Sequence record: LC597490.1
Strand: one strand, 5' to 3'
Length of the DNA stretch: 64,000 nucleotides
The translations under genes were made by a program, and so were the position numbers. The notes beneath the pieces are model-generated. The model had not been told where the DNA came from, ran no database searches, and saw nothing but the letters and a program-made list of their open reading frames with translations. This document shows, one piece after another, positions 9,787 through 19,246 of this stretch. How positions within the stretch are numbered: position 1 is the stretch's first letter; each line of letters begins with the position of its first letter.

Positions 9787-12404
9787 AGTTTACCCCCTTT
9801 TTTCAAAATATATGCCGCTAAGTCCTGTTGTTTTTTCACAAAGACTGCATCATACTTGTGTTCTTCTATCCAAGAGAAGTCATCATAGTCGATGATTCCG
9901 TCACCGTTTACATTTAAAATGTTAAACAATTCAGGTTCAGTAGACAACTCTGTTTCACCAAAGAATGAGATTAATGTATTGACGAATGCACCAATCTTCA
10001 CTTCTTGCTCAATCCATGTTCTTTCTTTCTCAAGCTGACTTGCACGATAAGAGATTGGAATCTTAATGGACTGTCCACGGTTTGTAGTTAAGAAGGTTTC
10101 CAGTGGAACTTTCATTTTGTTCTCACGTTCGATATCTTCTTTTGCTGTTCCGTATTCATCACATAGACTTTCCACACTATCAAATCGTGTCACGATGTGG
10201 TCAACTGTTTCTGATGTAGATAGTACAATATGTTCTTGTACACCAATACCAGTTTCTAAATCAATAATGTTAATCACATCTTCTACGTATTTCTTCCCTA
10301 CATCTTCTGTACGTAAGAATGGAGCGTAGTAATGATATAGATAACGACCAGATTGTTCTTTCATTTTCAAACTAGAGCGTTCATACACTGGAACAATATA
10401 GCCTTTCTCAGCTTTTACATCTAAATCCAAATGAGTGATTGGGTTACCGTATTTATCAAGCGGTTCTACTACAACCAATGCTTGAGAGTAATCAGCTGCA
10501 ATCCCATCTGGAGTTACATGAGTACGGAAGCTTTCTAACTTCTCTACGTTGTTTGTTACATATAAGAATCCTTCGTGTTGCGGAGTAGCAAATGGATTCA
10601 TATCAATCATTGTAAGAAGCTTCTCTTCTTGGAATCGGTTACCTTCTTGTGTGATTGTAATTGGATTTCCGTCAACCTTACCAAAACGAACACGAGCTGT
10701 ATCGTACATATCAATATTGAAATCAACATTATACGTATCTTTTGGTTGATAAGTTACTCGAAGCATTTTACGTTTTAACTTTTTCTTTTCTTCTGGAACA
10801 AGGTTCATGTAAATACGTCTGCCTTGAATATCGTATGGTTCTCCCACTCGAATATTATCCAGTGTTGTAATGAATGGTTTGTGACTCTCTGTTTCAATGT
10901 CATCAAATGCAATCTCAATATAATCACTAAATCCATCGTAGACGAATACTTCTTCATTATATGTTCTGTATTGTCCACTAACTGGGTCGAAGAATGAAAC
11001 CTTACGCATTGGTTCGCCAGTAATCTTTTCAGCTAAGATAGGTGAGCCATATTTCGGTACAGGTGTAATATCAATGAAGTCTTGTCGTTGATTTGAAATC
11101 ATAGCATCAAAGCTAGATCGTAGAATGATTGGAGAACTTGGCACGAATGGTTTATCAGATGTAGAAAGAAGTGTTAGCTCTTTCGTATCTAATACACCTG
11201 AAGTAATGAGCACATCATCTATCTTACCAGAGAATGTTCCTTTACTTCCGCTACCAATAGAGATTGAACTTTTTAGTGCAGGGATTGTTTGTGTCTTTGC
11301 ACCAACAATGCGTTTACCATCTACGAAGATAGTTAATTCATATTGTGACCATGATACAGCAACATGCTTCCATGTGTTTAATGTAAATGCAGATGCCGTA
11401 CTAACATTTTCTGTCCCATATACAAATGTAAACTTTCCAGCTTCATAATACAAATGCATTTTGTCACATTCGAAAACAGTAAATGCTGTAACCACTTTTG
11501 GATTTAGAAACGTAGAGAATGTTCCCTCTAAAGGCTCGATGTTATTTTTAGATGGGAATGTAATCTTACTCCCTGCTCTCGTATTAGGCTTGTCTAACGT
11601 AGGAATAAATGATGTTTCTCTATCTGCCTCTAATTGTAGGTTTCTCATTTCAAATGGAGTACCTGCATTTTTAAATGTAATCTTTACTACTTGATTATCT
11701 GTACTTGTTGTAAGAACATACGAAAACTTAGTATCCACTAAACTAGATGGATTTAAAGTTGCTGGCGTTGCCCCTTCAACTGTAATTGCAGAACTTCCTT
11801 TTGAATTAAACGATAGTACATAGTTACCTTTCTTAGCGATAGTGACAGAGATATTATAGAACTCTCCATCTCCAGATGAACGTAAGTAAGGCGCATTGCC
11901 CTGTCCTTTTCCTAACATATGAGACGCTGATACATTGTAATTTAACATGTCAGGAAGTAGTCCAATTACTTCTAAATTTGTACAAGTTGTTCCAACGTCG
12001 CCTAGCAATCCTACTTTACCATTTGAGATGTAAGGATATTCAATATGGAATACTTTCCTTTCATCTAAGAAAACAGCAAACGTTGTGTTCTGCATAACGA
12101 TACGTACTTTATATTCTTTGTTTGTAAATACAGGAAGTTCCATCATACCTAATGATGTTCTTTCATTTTGTAAGATGATATCAAAGTGAGCATATCCTTG
12201 ATTCTCACTATTGAAGAAGCGTACTTCCATATAATAGTTTGGTTCATATATTCGAGGGCTAACACCAAATTCTTTTCCTGTGTATAAAAATGTAGCATTA
12301 ACTTCTATATCTTTCCATTCTTGTTCACCACACACATAGTAACCTGGTGATGTAAATACAAGTCCTTCAGCCTTTTGTTCTGTTTGACCAATTGGATAAT
12401 TCAT
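9783..12404 (-). CDS. Multi-domain adsorption protein (873 aa): ConA/LamG lectin-like domains, LysM-like domain, C-terminal dockerin/EF-hand-like loop
   Basis: WKHVAVSWSQYELTIFVDGK...FSGKIDDVLI (LamG); DSVESLCDEYGTAKEDIERENK...GQSIKIP (LysM-like); LNVNGDGIIDYDD (Ca-binding loop). Confidence 0.75.
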   Translation of the reverse strand: MNYPIGQTEQKAEGLVFTSPGYYVCGEQEWKDIEVNATFLYTGKEFGVSPRIYEPNYYMEVRFFNSENQGYAHFDIILQNERTSLGMMELPVFTNKEYKVRIVMQNTTFAVFLDERKVFHIEYPYISNGKVGLLGDVGTTCTNLEVIGLLPDMLNYNVSASHMLGKGQGNAPYLRSSGDGEFYNISVTIAKKGNYVLSFNSKGSSAITVEGATPATLNPSSLVDTKFSYVLTTSTDNQVVKITFKNAGTPFEMRNLQLEADRETSFIPTLDKPNTRAGSKITFPSKNNIEPLEGTFSTFLNPKVVTAFTVFECDKMHLYYEAGKFTFVYGTENVSTASAFTLNTWKHVAVSWSQYELTIFVDGKRIVGAKTQTIPALKSSISIGSGSKGTFSGKIDDVLITSGVLDTKELTLLSTSDKPFVPSSPIILRSSFDAMISNQRQDFIDITPVPKYGSPILAEKITGEPMRKVSFFDPVSGQYRTYNEEVFVYDGFSDYIEIAFDDIETESHKPFITTLDNIRVGEPYDIQGRRIYMNLVPEEKKKLKRKMLRVTYQPKDTYNVDFNIDMYDTARVRFGKVDGNPITITQEGNRFQEEKLLTMIDMNPFATPQHEGFLYVTNNVEKLESFRTHVTPDGIAADYSQALVVVEPLDKYGNPITHLDLDVKAEKGYIVPVYERSSLKMKEQSGRYLYHYYAPFLRTEDVGKKYVEDVINIIDLETGIGVQEHIVLSTSETVDHIVTRFDSVESLCDEYGTAKEDIERENKMKVPLETFLTTNRGQSIKIPISYRASQLEKERTWIEQEVKIGAFVNTLISFFGETELSTEPELFNILNVNGDGIIDYDDFSWIEEHKYDAVFVKKQQDLAAYILKKGGKL

Positions 12405-12428
12405 TCGTACACATCCTTTCCTTATTTT

Positions 12429-12457
12429 GTTGTAACCTGTTAAAAACCCTTTGACAA
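12429..12457 (-). promoter_or_regulatory. Possible weak sigmaA-type promoter (TTGTCA-N17-TACAAC)
   Basis: Lies directly after a terminator in one of the few non-coding gaps, with canonical spacing, but the -10 lacks the conserved final T. Confidence 0.3.
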
Positions 12458-12460
12458 TAG

Positions 12461-12482
12461 AAAAAGAGAGGTTTCCCTCTCT
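12461..12482 (-). terminator. Intrinsic terminator
   Basis: AGAGAGG-GAAA-CCTCTCT then TTTT on the minus strand, just after the stop of 12498-15743. Confidence 0.85.
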
Positions 12483-12497
12483 ATCGTAAAACTTTTA

Positions 12498-15400
12498 TTA
12501 AACTTGCTTAAATTGTTTCTTAAATAATGTTTTCTTACTTGTAATCAAGAAGCCACTATTTAAGATATAGTTTGTTGCTTCGGGTTCTAATTGGACTGCG
12601 CCATCGAACTTACCTTGTGTGTAAGCAACCTGTCTTGCTTGAGGAATCTCATCTTCGCCATAGACAGTTGTGATTGGCTCACTGTACAGGAAGTGTTCTT
12701 TCTGACCAAGGTAGTAGTATCCATTCTTGATAGTTGGGAACCAGTTATCTTTTGGAACTCTATCCTTGAGTGAACCTTTTAAGAAGTACTTACCATCTAC
12801 TTTGTCCACCCATGTCTGAACCCAGAGATCATTATCCTCTACAACAAACTGAAGGTCTTCTACGCCTCGTGCTCCATCCCAAGTTGTTGGTGATGGTAAT
12901 TCCATTGAGAAGTCTTTCCCTGGACTACAGATACCTGTAAAGTGCTTCACTTCAGGAGAACGCCATACTTTATCAACGCCACCTTCTTCTTTATAGGTTG
13001 TATCCATATGAATTGTAACACTCTCAGGAACTTCGCATTCATATGTTACATAATATTCATCTCCAGCTTTTGGTTCGATACCGCCAGCAGGTGACCAATC
13101 TATATAGTTACCATTACGTTTGAAGTCTCCGATTTTAGCAATGTCATTGTATTCATTGTACTGAATCATGCCGTCTTTGCTTTCAACACGTTTAATATTA
13201 CTTACTCGTGCATTACCTAGTACATCTTTACCATTACCAACCGCACCACGAACTCGAAGTTCTTTTGTGATAGTAGCTTTACGATAAGTAATATCCATAA
13301 CCTTTAATTGAATAGTATCCTCTGCAAGTGGAGTCTCATCTTTCTTCTTCACACTTCCAGCAATAATTTCAACTACATAAGGATTGCCAATTATTTTCGC
13401 TTTTGGATGAATGATAGGTAATGTAATTGGAGCAGGTACAATGATTTTCTTTCCGACAACAAGCTGCGTTGCTTCGTCTGCCTCATTCTCTTTTAGTAAG
13501 TCTTCGATGTAGATAGAGAATTTGTCAGCGATTGTTTTCCAAGTATCTCCTGCTTTTACAACATAGAAGAATGTTACAGCATCTTGTGTGTCAGGAATAA
13601 GATACGTACGTTTAAATTCTTTACGTACATCATTCGGGTTTACGACCCCGCTGAATATCTTTTCTTCTGAAACCCAATCCACATCTTCTTCTTGTGGAGG
13701 TCGGTTAACAATAACAACCAACGTATCACTTTCCTTGTTTGCATTACCTGTCTCATAAGCATTGTGAGAACTCTTTTCTGTATAAGCTTGTGTAGTTCCT
13801 TTAAACGATAATCCAATAACAGGGTTCTTCGTCTTATTTGGAATCTTTACAAACTGTCCTTCGACTAGCATTCCATTTGCTTCATATAAAAGACCAGGGT
13901 TTAATGCAATCAGTTCATCTTCAAGTACACCAAACTTCATAGCGATATATCTTGTTCTATCACCCTTAACAGTGAAGTGCATTTCATCGGGCCATCCTGA
14001 AGTTACATAGTAACGATATTGTTTGCCCTTCGTTAAGTTAGGAGTAAATGTCGGAGCCATTACAATCTCTTCTGTTTCTCCATACACCATAGAACCTCCA
14101 CCATATTGATAGTGAAGAGGAACACCAAGAGCACCTGGTTTCGTTTGACGAAGTACTTCACTATACACTTTATCTTTTGGATTACGTGATAGGTTTGTTC
14201 TATCAAACTTCTTCGATTCACTTTCCCAGTATAAGAGTAAATCTGTTGGACGTTTTACTTCATCTAGTAAGTGGTATTCAAAGTCTGTTGGTAAGCTAAC
14301 GCCTGGCAATGCTGGTGTGTACTTTGGATAGTTAAATTGAATTGTATTCATATCTAACACCATTTCCTTACCAGTGTTATTATTGTGTACAGCAGAAGTT
14401 TGTTGCGTATTCTTCACAATATCTTCTTTGTATTCCATCCAAGAACGGAAGTTAACGAAGTCTACAACAGGAGTCGATTTATCAATACGTCTTCGTAATT
14501 CAATACGTAGGAAGAAATCTTGATCCGTTGGCTTCTTCATTCCTTTATGTGTTCTACTATATGGTTCGAATCTGTCATAAGGAGCATCCATATTCTTTGT
14601 GTAATCAATGAAGTTATAGAAGATACTTGTATCCGTATTCTCTGGCGGACGATAAGATTGGTCCTCCCATACATCCCACTTCAAATTACGAACTAAGCCT
14701 TTCTTCGTTCCAGTTACACTACCATTAGATGGAGCAATATAAGGAGAATCAATATAGCCATATGTTCTTCCTGGCTTCAATCGAATACGTCCTACATTGT
14801 TTTTATATGGACAAGATACTTTACTATACACTACATTGTCAGTAGATGAACTAGAGCGAACCCATAATGTTGTTCCTTCTGGCTCATCAGCTTTGTAGTG
14901 AATACTTGTCACTTCTTTAAATGTTAATGTCTTATCTTGAGCAAGACGTTTTAAATCAATAACAGCTGTCCATTGTCCATTCTTCGAACGTTCCGATGCG
15001 TTACCACCGATTACTTGTAACCAGAATACAGATGGAGATGTTAAGTCATCACTTGATGCCATCCATATTTTAATACGAACGTAATCACACCCCTTATAAT
15101 CAGGAGATGTAGCAGTTAATAATGTCTGTCCATTCGATGCGGGTTTTTCTGTGAAAGTAAGGGGAGCATAAGTATTCCAAGCCCCTCCTTTTACTTTCGC
15201 TTGCATTTCCATACGAATATGAGAAGTTTGTGCTCGTACACCTTTAAAGTCGAATCTTTCACCTGTATGTGTATCAGGGAGGGAGATTGTAACGATATGC
15301 ATTCCGTATTGGATATTAGGAATCACATACGTAGCTGACAAGTTTGGACTTCCTTGTGTAGAGAATGTATATGTTTGTACAGGTTGTTTACCAGCTTCTG

Positions 15401-15743
15401 TTTCAGATTCAACTTTCACTGTAACTTCCTTCGCACTTGTTAAAGCTGCTGCATACACAATTTCTAGTTTGCTACCTGTAGCTTGGAATTGAACGGCTGC
15501 GCCAGCTTGTGTTGTTGACCAAGTTGTTTTACCAGAGTCAATTGTCCATGTCCCTTTTTGAATTAGAAATTCTGGGGCTAATGGCTTGTATAAAGCTTTT
15601 GGTAAATCTACTTGAGCTGATACTTGCGTTGTTCCAACTAAAGCTTCTTTTGTATAGATAGCGTGTGTTTCATAAGAACCTGAGAAGGCTCTGATTCGAC
15701 CATACCAAGATGTACCATAAAAGTTAACACCATACTGTGCCAT
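12498..15743 (-). CDS. Baseplate/tail protein (1081 aa) with two LysM domains
   Basis: HFTVKGDRTRYIAMKFGV...LIALNP...GQFVKIP and YVVKAGDTWKTIADKFSI...LLKEN...LVVGKKIIVP; N-terminal YG-x-x-x-YG repeats. Confidence 0.8.
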   Translation of the reverse strand: MAQYGVNFYGTSWYGRIRAFSGSYETHAIYTKEALVGTTQVSAQVDLPKALYKPLAPEFLIQKGTWTIDSGKTTWSTTQAGAAVQFQATGSKLEIVYAAALTSAKEVTVKVESETEAGKQPVQTYTFSTQGSPNLSATYVIPNIQYGMHIVTISLPDTHTGERFDFKGVRAQTSHIRMEMQAKVKGGAWNTYAPLTFTEKPASNGQTLLTATSPDYKGCDYVRIKIWMASSDDLTSPSVFWLQVIGGNASERSKNGQWTAVIDLKRLAQDKTLTFKEVTSIHYKADEPEGTTLWVRSSSSTDNVVYSKVSCPYKNNVGRIRLKPGRTYGYIDSPYIAPSNGSVTGTKKGLVRNLKWDVWEDQSYRPPENTDTSIFYNFIDYTKNMDAPYDRFEPYSRTHKGMKKPTDQDFFLRIELRRRIDKSTPVVDFVNFRSWMEYKEDIVKNTQQTSAVHNNNTGKEMVLDMNTIQFNYPKYTPALPGVSLPTDFEYHLLDEVKRPTDLLLYWESESKKFDRTNLSRNPKDKVYSEVLRQTKPGALGVPLHYQYGGGSMVYGETEEIVMAPTFTPNLTKGKQYRYYVTSGWPDEMHFTVKGDRTRYIAMKFGVLEDELIALNPGLLYEANGMLVEGQFVKIPNKTKNPVIGLSFKGTTQAYTEKSSHNAYETGNANKESDTLVVIVNRPPQEEDVDWVSEEKIFSGVVNPNDVRKEFKRTYLIPDTQDAVTFFYVVKAGDTWKTIADKFSIYIEDLLKENEADEATQLVVGKKIIVPAPITLPIIHPKAKIIGNPYVVEIIAGSVKKKDETPLAEDTIQLKVMDITYRKATITKELRVRGAVGNGKDVLGNARVSNIKRVESKDGMIQYNEYNDIAKIGDFKRNGNYIDWSPAGGIEPKAGDEYYVTYECEVPESVTIHMDTTYKEEGGVDKVWRSPEVKHFTGICSPGKDFSMELPSPTTWDGARGVEDLQFVVEDNDLWVQTWVDKVDGKYFLKGSLKDRVPKDNWFPTIKNGYYYLGQKEHFLYSEPITTVYGEDEIPQARQVAYTQGKFDGAVQLEPEATNYILNSGFLITSKKTLFKKQFKQV

Positions 15744-15754
15744 AGTCTCCCTCC

Positions 15755-17953
15755 TTAATCTTTATATTGTACGACGAGTTGTGCAAAGTTGTTCATATAA
15801 CAGAATCCTCCGCCCCAAGCATCATATATACAAATACCTTGTGCTTGCCAGTTTACAATCCTTTGAACATACTCTACAGGTATTGGAATAGTTTTCGTTT
15901 GACCAACTTCAAGTGCAGTATCCCAAGATGGAATATAAGAACTCCAGTTGTTTCCTGACCATCCTACTCTATCTCCTACGTAACCACCAAAGTCTCTTGT
16001 ATGGTTATGAGTATAGAATTGAAGTAATCGTCCTTGATGAGCTGGTGCAGTACCACCTTCAATACGTTTCACACGGAAGTAAGCATTGATGATTTTTTTA
16101 CCAGCTAAGTTACTACGGATATCATTCTCACGGAAGTAATACATACTAGCCCAGTGACCACTTGCACCGCCACCATAATAACCACGAGTATGATTGTATC
16201 CTTCTTGTGGTCTCCATCTATGAGTCGTCCAGTTGTAAGCATGGCAGTGATGACTATCATACGTTATCGTCTGGATTGGTTTATCCTTTGTTCTAAATGG
16301 AGTTTCTGTCCACGGGCCACATCCTTTACGGTTACATGCTCTTACCCATGTTGTATATGTTGTTTCAGGTTGGAAGCCATCAATCCAAGCAGCAGTTCCT
16401 CCACCATTATTCATTTCAGCAGGATGCATTGTATGTTTGTAAATATAATACTCTGCTCTAGGAGTTGGGTCCCATCTCATTGTTGTATACCATTGTTCTG
16501 TTCCTTCGAATCGAACATTCTTAACAGGGCCAGGTGGTTGTAATGGGTCAAAGGTAATCGGACCAACCTCTTTCCAATTACTTTCTAGTCCACTAATATC
16601 AATTGCTTTGACACGATACCATATCTTACGTTCCTCAACTTGAAGAACATGAGTAGTACTCGTATTCTTACCTTGATAATAAGTACTCCAGTATCCATTG
16701 TCATGATTACTATTGTGCATAGGAACGGCAACAGTCTGAAGTTCATAGCGGTCTAATCCCATAGGAAGCTTTTGAGATGTAGTGAATGTGTAGGACTTGC
16801 GAAGTCGTCTAGATTTATTACCATAGAAATCAACTGTACGGATTTCCAATGAGATCGTTTGATTCATTAAATTTAACTTGCCGTTTTCGATAGCAAAGTC
16901 TAATGGAATAAATATATTGTTGTCTCTCTCAACTGCTTCTCGTCTGAAGATAAGAGAAGATTTATATCGTTCATTCGGACCATAGATGAAATCAACAACA
17001 TAACACCAGATGTCTGGGCTATTATCTAAACCTAAATTCCATAGAACACTTGCAACAGGTCTTGGACTTGCCGACCAAGATAGCTCAACCGTATTATCTT
17101 CTATTCCATCATGTAGATATCGCAAGTAATCTATTTGATACATATCAGCATTTGGGAAGAACGGGTCAATCTTTTTAACTGGAAGTGGAGGGATATTAGA
17201 AAGCATTTCTAGATACGTAGAAATATGTTCTAAATCTGAAATACCTAGTGAGTCACTAACTTGGTCAATAACAGCAAGCTTAGGAGTATTTGATGCTACC
17301 CAACCTTGTGTGTAACCATGTTCAGCTTCACCAATATTTCGACCATCTAATTTCTCAGTCGGGTCAGTTGGTCTAATCTCTTTTGTTGGAGTATATTGAA
17401 TGCCTTGTAATTCACCAAAGCGTTTTAATAACTCTTGGAGATTTGTGAAGTCCTCTTTACTTGGAGCAACTCTACCTGTGAATAAATCATTAATGATAGC
17501 AATGAATCCATTCTTATATTGAGGAAACCCATTTGCAAAACGAGTGAGGTTTTGTTTCAGTGTTTTAAAATAAGTATCACGAGTTACCTTGTCACCTATC
17601 TTATCTAGTACAGCTAATTGAAGTTCTTCTCCTGGTACATATGAACTGTATTCAAAGCTTTGAACAGCAGAAGTATCACTCGCAGTAGAATCTGAATATG
17701 TTGTCACCGTCCACTGGTATCTTTTCTTATCAGTGAAAGTGAAGTTAATATCAGAACAAGGGACGATAGTTCGTCCCGTGTTTTCATTGTGAGTGTAAAG
17801 GAGTTTACCTAAACTTCCGCTTAGTTCTTCATAGATTCGAATAATTGCTCTTGTCTGTACATGAGGAGGTGTCCAAGCAAAACGTAAAGAAGGAGCAATG
17901 TTTGGACTCATTAAACTTCCATATGCAGGACTCAATCCTTCTGGTCTATTCAT
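15755..17953 (-). CDS. FN3-domain tail/baseplate fibre protein (732 aa)
   Basis: PPGPVKNVRF...MRWDPTP...GFQPETTYTTWVRACNRKGCGPW (FN3), a second FN3-like unit, and an aromatic-rich C-terminal beta domain. Confidence 0.75.
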   Translation of the reverse strand: MNRPEGLSPAYGSLMSPNIAPSLRFAWTPPHVQTRAIIRIYEELSGSLGKLLYTHNENTGRTIVPCSDINFTFTDKKRYQWTVTTYSDSTASDTSAVQSFEYSSYVPGEELQLAVLDKIGDKVTRDTYFKTLKQNLTRFANGFPQYKNGFIAIINDLFTGRVAPSKEDFTNLQELLKRFGELQGIQYTPTKEIRPTDPTEKLDGRNIGEAEHGYTQGWVASNTPKLAVIDQVSDSLGISDLEHISTYLEMLSNIPPLPVKKIDPFFPNADMYQIDYLRYLHDGIEDNTVELSWSASPRPVASVLWNLGLDNSPDIWCYVVDFIYGPNERYKSSLIFRREAVERDNNIFIPLDFAIENGKLNLMNQTISLEIRTVDFYGNKSRRLRKSYTFTTSQKLPMGLDRYELQTVAVPMHNSNHDNGYWSTYYQGKNTSTTHVLQVEERKIWYRVKAIDISGLESNWKEVGPITFDPLQPPGPVKNVRFEGTEQWYTTMRWDPTPRAEYYIYKHTMHPAEMNNGGGTAAWIDGFQPETTYTTWVRACNRKGCGPWTETPFRTKDKPIQTITYDSHHCHAYNWTTHRWRPQEGYNHTRGYYGGGASGHWASMYYFRENDIRSNLAGKKIINAYFRVKRIEGGTAPAHQGRLLQFYTHNHTRDFGGYVGDRVGWSGNNWSSYIPSWDTALEVGQTKTIPIPVEYVQRIVNWQAQGICIYDAWGGGFCYMNNFAQLVVQYKD

Positions 17954-17965
17954 TTAAACTCCTCC

Positions 17966-18979
17966 TTACTTATCAAATATACCTGGATGGGCTGGCATGA
18001 TGTGTAGGTAATCCAAGTCTAATGTTACATCAGCACTTGTAGGTAACTTAGCGATTTCAAACTCAACGATTTGGTTCGGGCCATTACCTTCTACTGTCAT
18101 GATTGGATACATGCTCTTCCATTGTCCTGAAGTAAATACATCAGCTCTGATAGTATCTTTGTTTGTTTTACCACCGATAGTAACAGATACTTCAATTAAA
18201 CTTTCAGGAACTGGATTGTCTACACGACCACGAACGCAGATAGCATAGTCTCCATACTGCAAGCTTGGAGCTTTTACTTTCCACACTGATGTTTTTACTT
18301 TGCCAGTTACTCGTCGTGCTTTGTTCGTAGCTGTTTTATAGTCAGTAATAACTGTACCGCCAGTTGCATCTTCTGCAAGCCATGTACGGTCAAACATACT
18401 GTTTAGTTTTCCAGAGAATAACGTATTTCCTTTTACTTCACCGCCAGTAGACATAGATAGTTTATCAATGATAGACTTCTCGATGCTTGTGGCATTCTCA
18501 GAACTTAGACGAATATCTGCACCAGTTAAACCAGTAGCAGTTAAGTCGATGTTCTTTTTAGCAAGTAAGCCTTGTACTTCTTGTGATAAGTTGATTTTAG
18601 AAGCTCCGCCAACTTGACCTAAATGTTTATGTTCCTCAATTGTATTTCCTGTGTCAGGTTTCCAGTTCGGACCACCATAACGCTTGTCATAGTTTTTGTT
18701 TTCCAACGTATCAATACGACCATCGACTGTTCCTTGGTCAACCCCATCTTTATCAATGTGAGGATTAATACCAAGGATACGTTCGATTGCCATAACCGCA
18801 TCAGCTAATGCGTTGACATGTTCTGCCATGTTATAATCTTTTAAGTTCTCATACCCACTAATGTTTGGGTTAAAGCCAGGATTTGCTTTGTCACGGCTAT
18901 CAAACTTATCTGGATAATGAGACATATTCAAGTCAGTAAACTTTTTATTACCGACAGCATTTGCTTCACTACGAGCCAT
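17966..18979 (-). CDS. Short tail fibre/appendage protein (337 aa) sharing its N-terminal anchor with the giant fibre
   Basis: YPDKFDS...DYNMAEHVNALADAVMAIERILGINP...TVDGRIDTLE matches YPNKINS...DYVMAEDINELQDGIMSIEKTLGVMP...TVKDRMDSLG of the ORF starting at 5102. Confidence 0.75.
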   Translation of the reverse strand: MARSEANAVGNKKFTDLNMSHYPDKFDSRDKANPGFNPNISGYENLKDYNMAEHVNALADAVMAIERILGINPHIDKDGVDQGTVDGRIDTLENKNYDKRYGGPNWKPDTGNTIEEHKHLGQVGGASKINLSQEVQGLLAKKNIDLTATGLTGADIRLSSENATSIEKSIIDKLSMSTGGEVKGNTLFSGKLNSMFDRTWLAEDATGGTVITDYKTATNKARRVTGKVKTSVWKVKAPSLQYGDYAICVRGRVDNPVPESLIEVSVTIGGKTNKDTIRADVFTSGQWKSMYPIMTVEGNGPNQIVEFEIAKLPTSADVTLDLDYLHIMPAHPGIFDK

Positions 18980-18991
18980 TTATCTCACTCC

Positions 18992-19246
18992 TTATTTACA
19001 TTGTTTATAGAAGCCGTCTAATTCGCCAAGCTTTTCAAGAGCACGCTCTAATGCGAATTTCTCACCAAGTTCTTTATTGAAATCTTTTGGGTCTACACAT
19101 GCAGACGTTCCTACGATTTCAAAACCATTCGTTAACTTAATTAAACAGACAGTTGTTTTTGTTCCCATCTTTTGATACTCGCAAGTCACAACCCAAGCCT
19201 TTGCTAAATCCTGTTTATACTGTGTAAATTCTTCAACGTATTTCAT
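18992..19246 (-). CDS. N4 Gp49/Sf6 gp66-family protein (Phage_gp49_66-like); candidate cyclic-nucleotide sponge
   Basis: TTVCLIKLTNGFEIVGTSACVDPKDFNKELGEKFA matches the family signature T-x-C-x-L-x-L-x-NGF-x-V-x-G-x-SACV-x-P-x-x-F. Confidence 0.75.
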   Translation of the reverse strand: MKYVEEFTQYKQDLAKAWVVTCEYQKMGTKTTVCLIKLTNGFEIVGTSACVDPKDFNKELGEKFALERALEKLGELDGFYKQCK

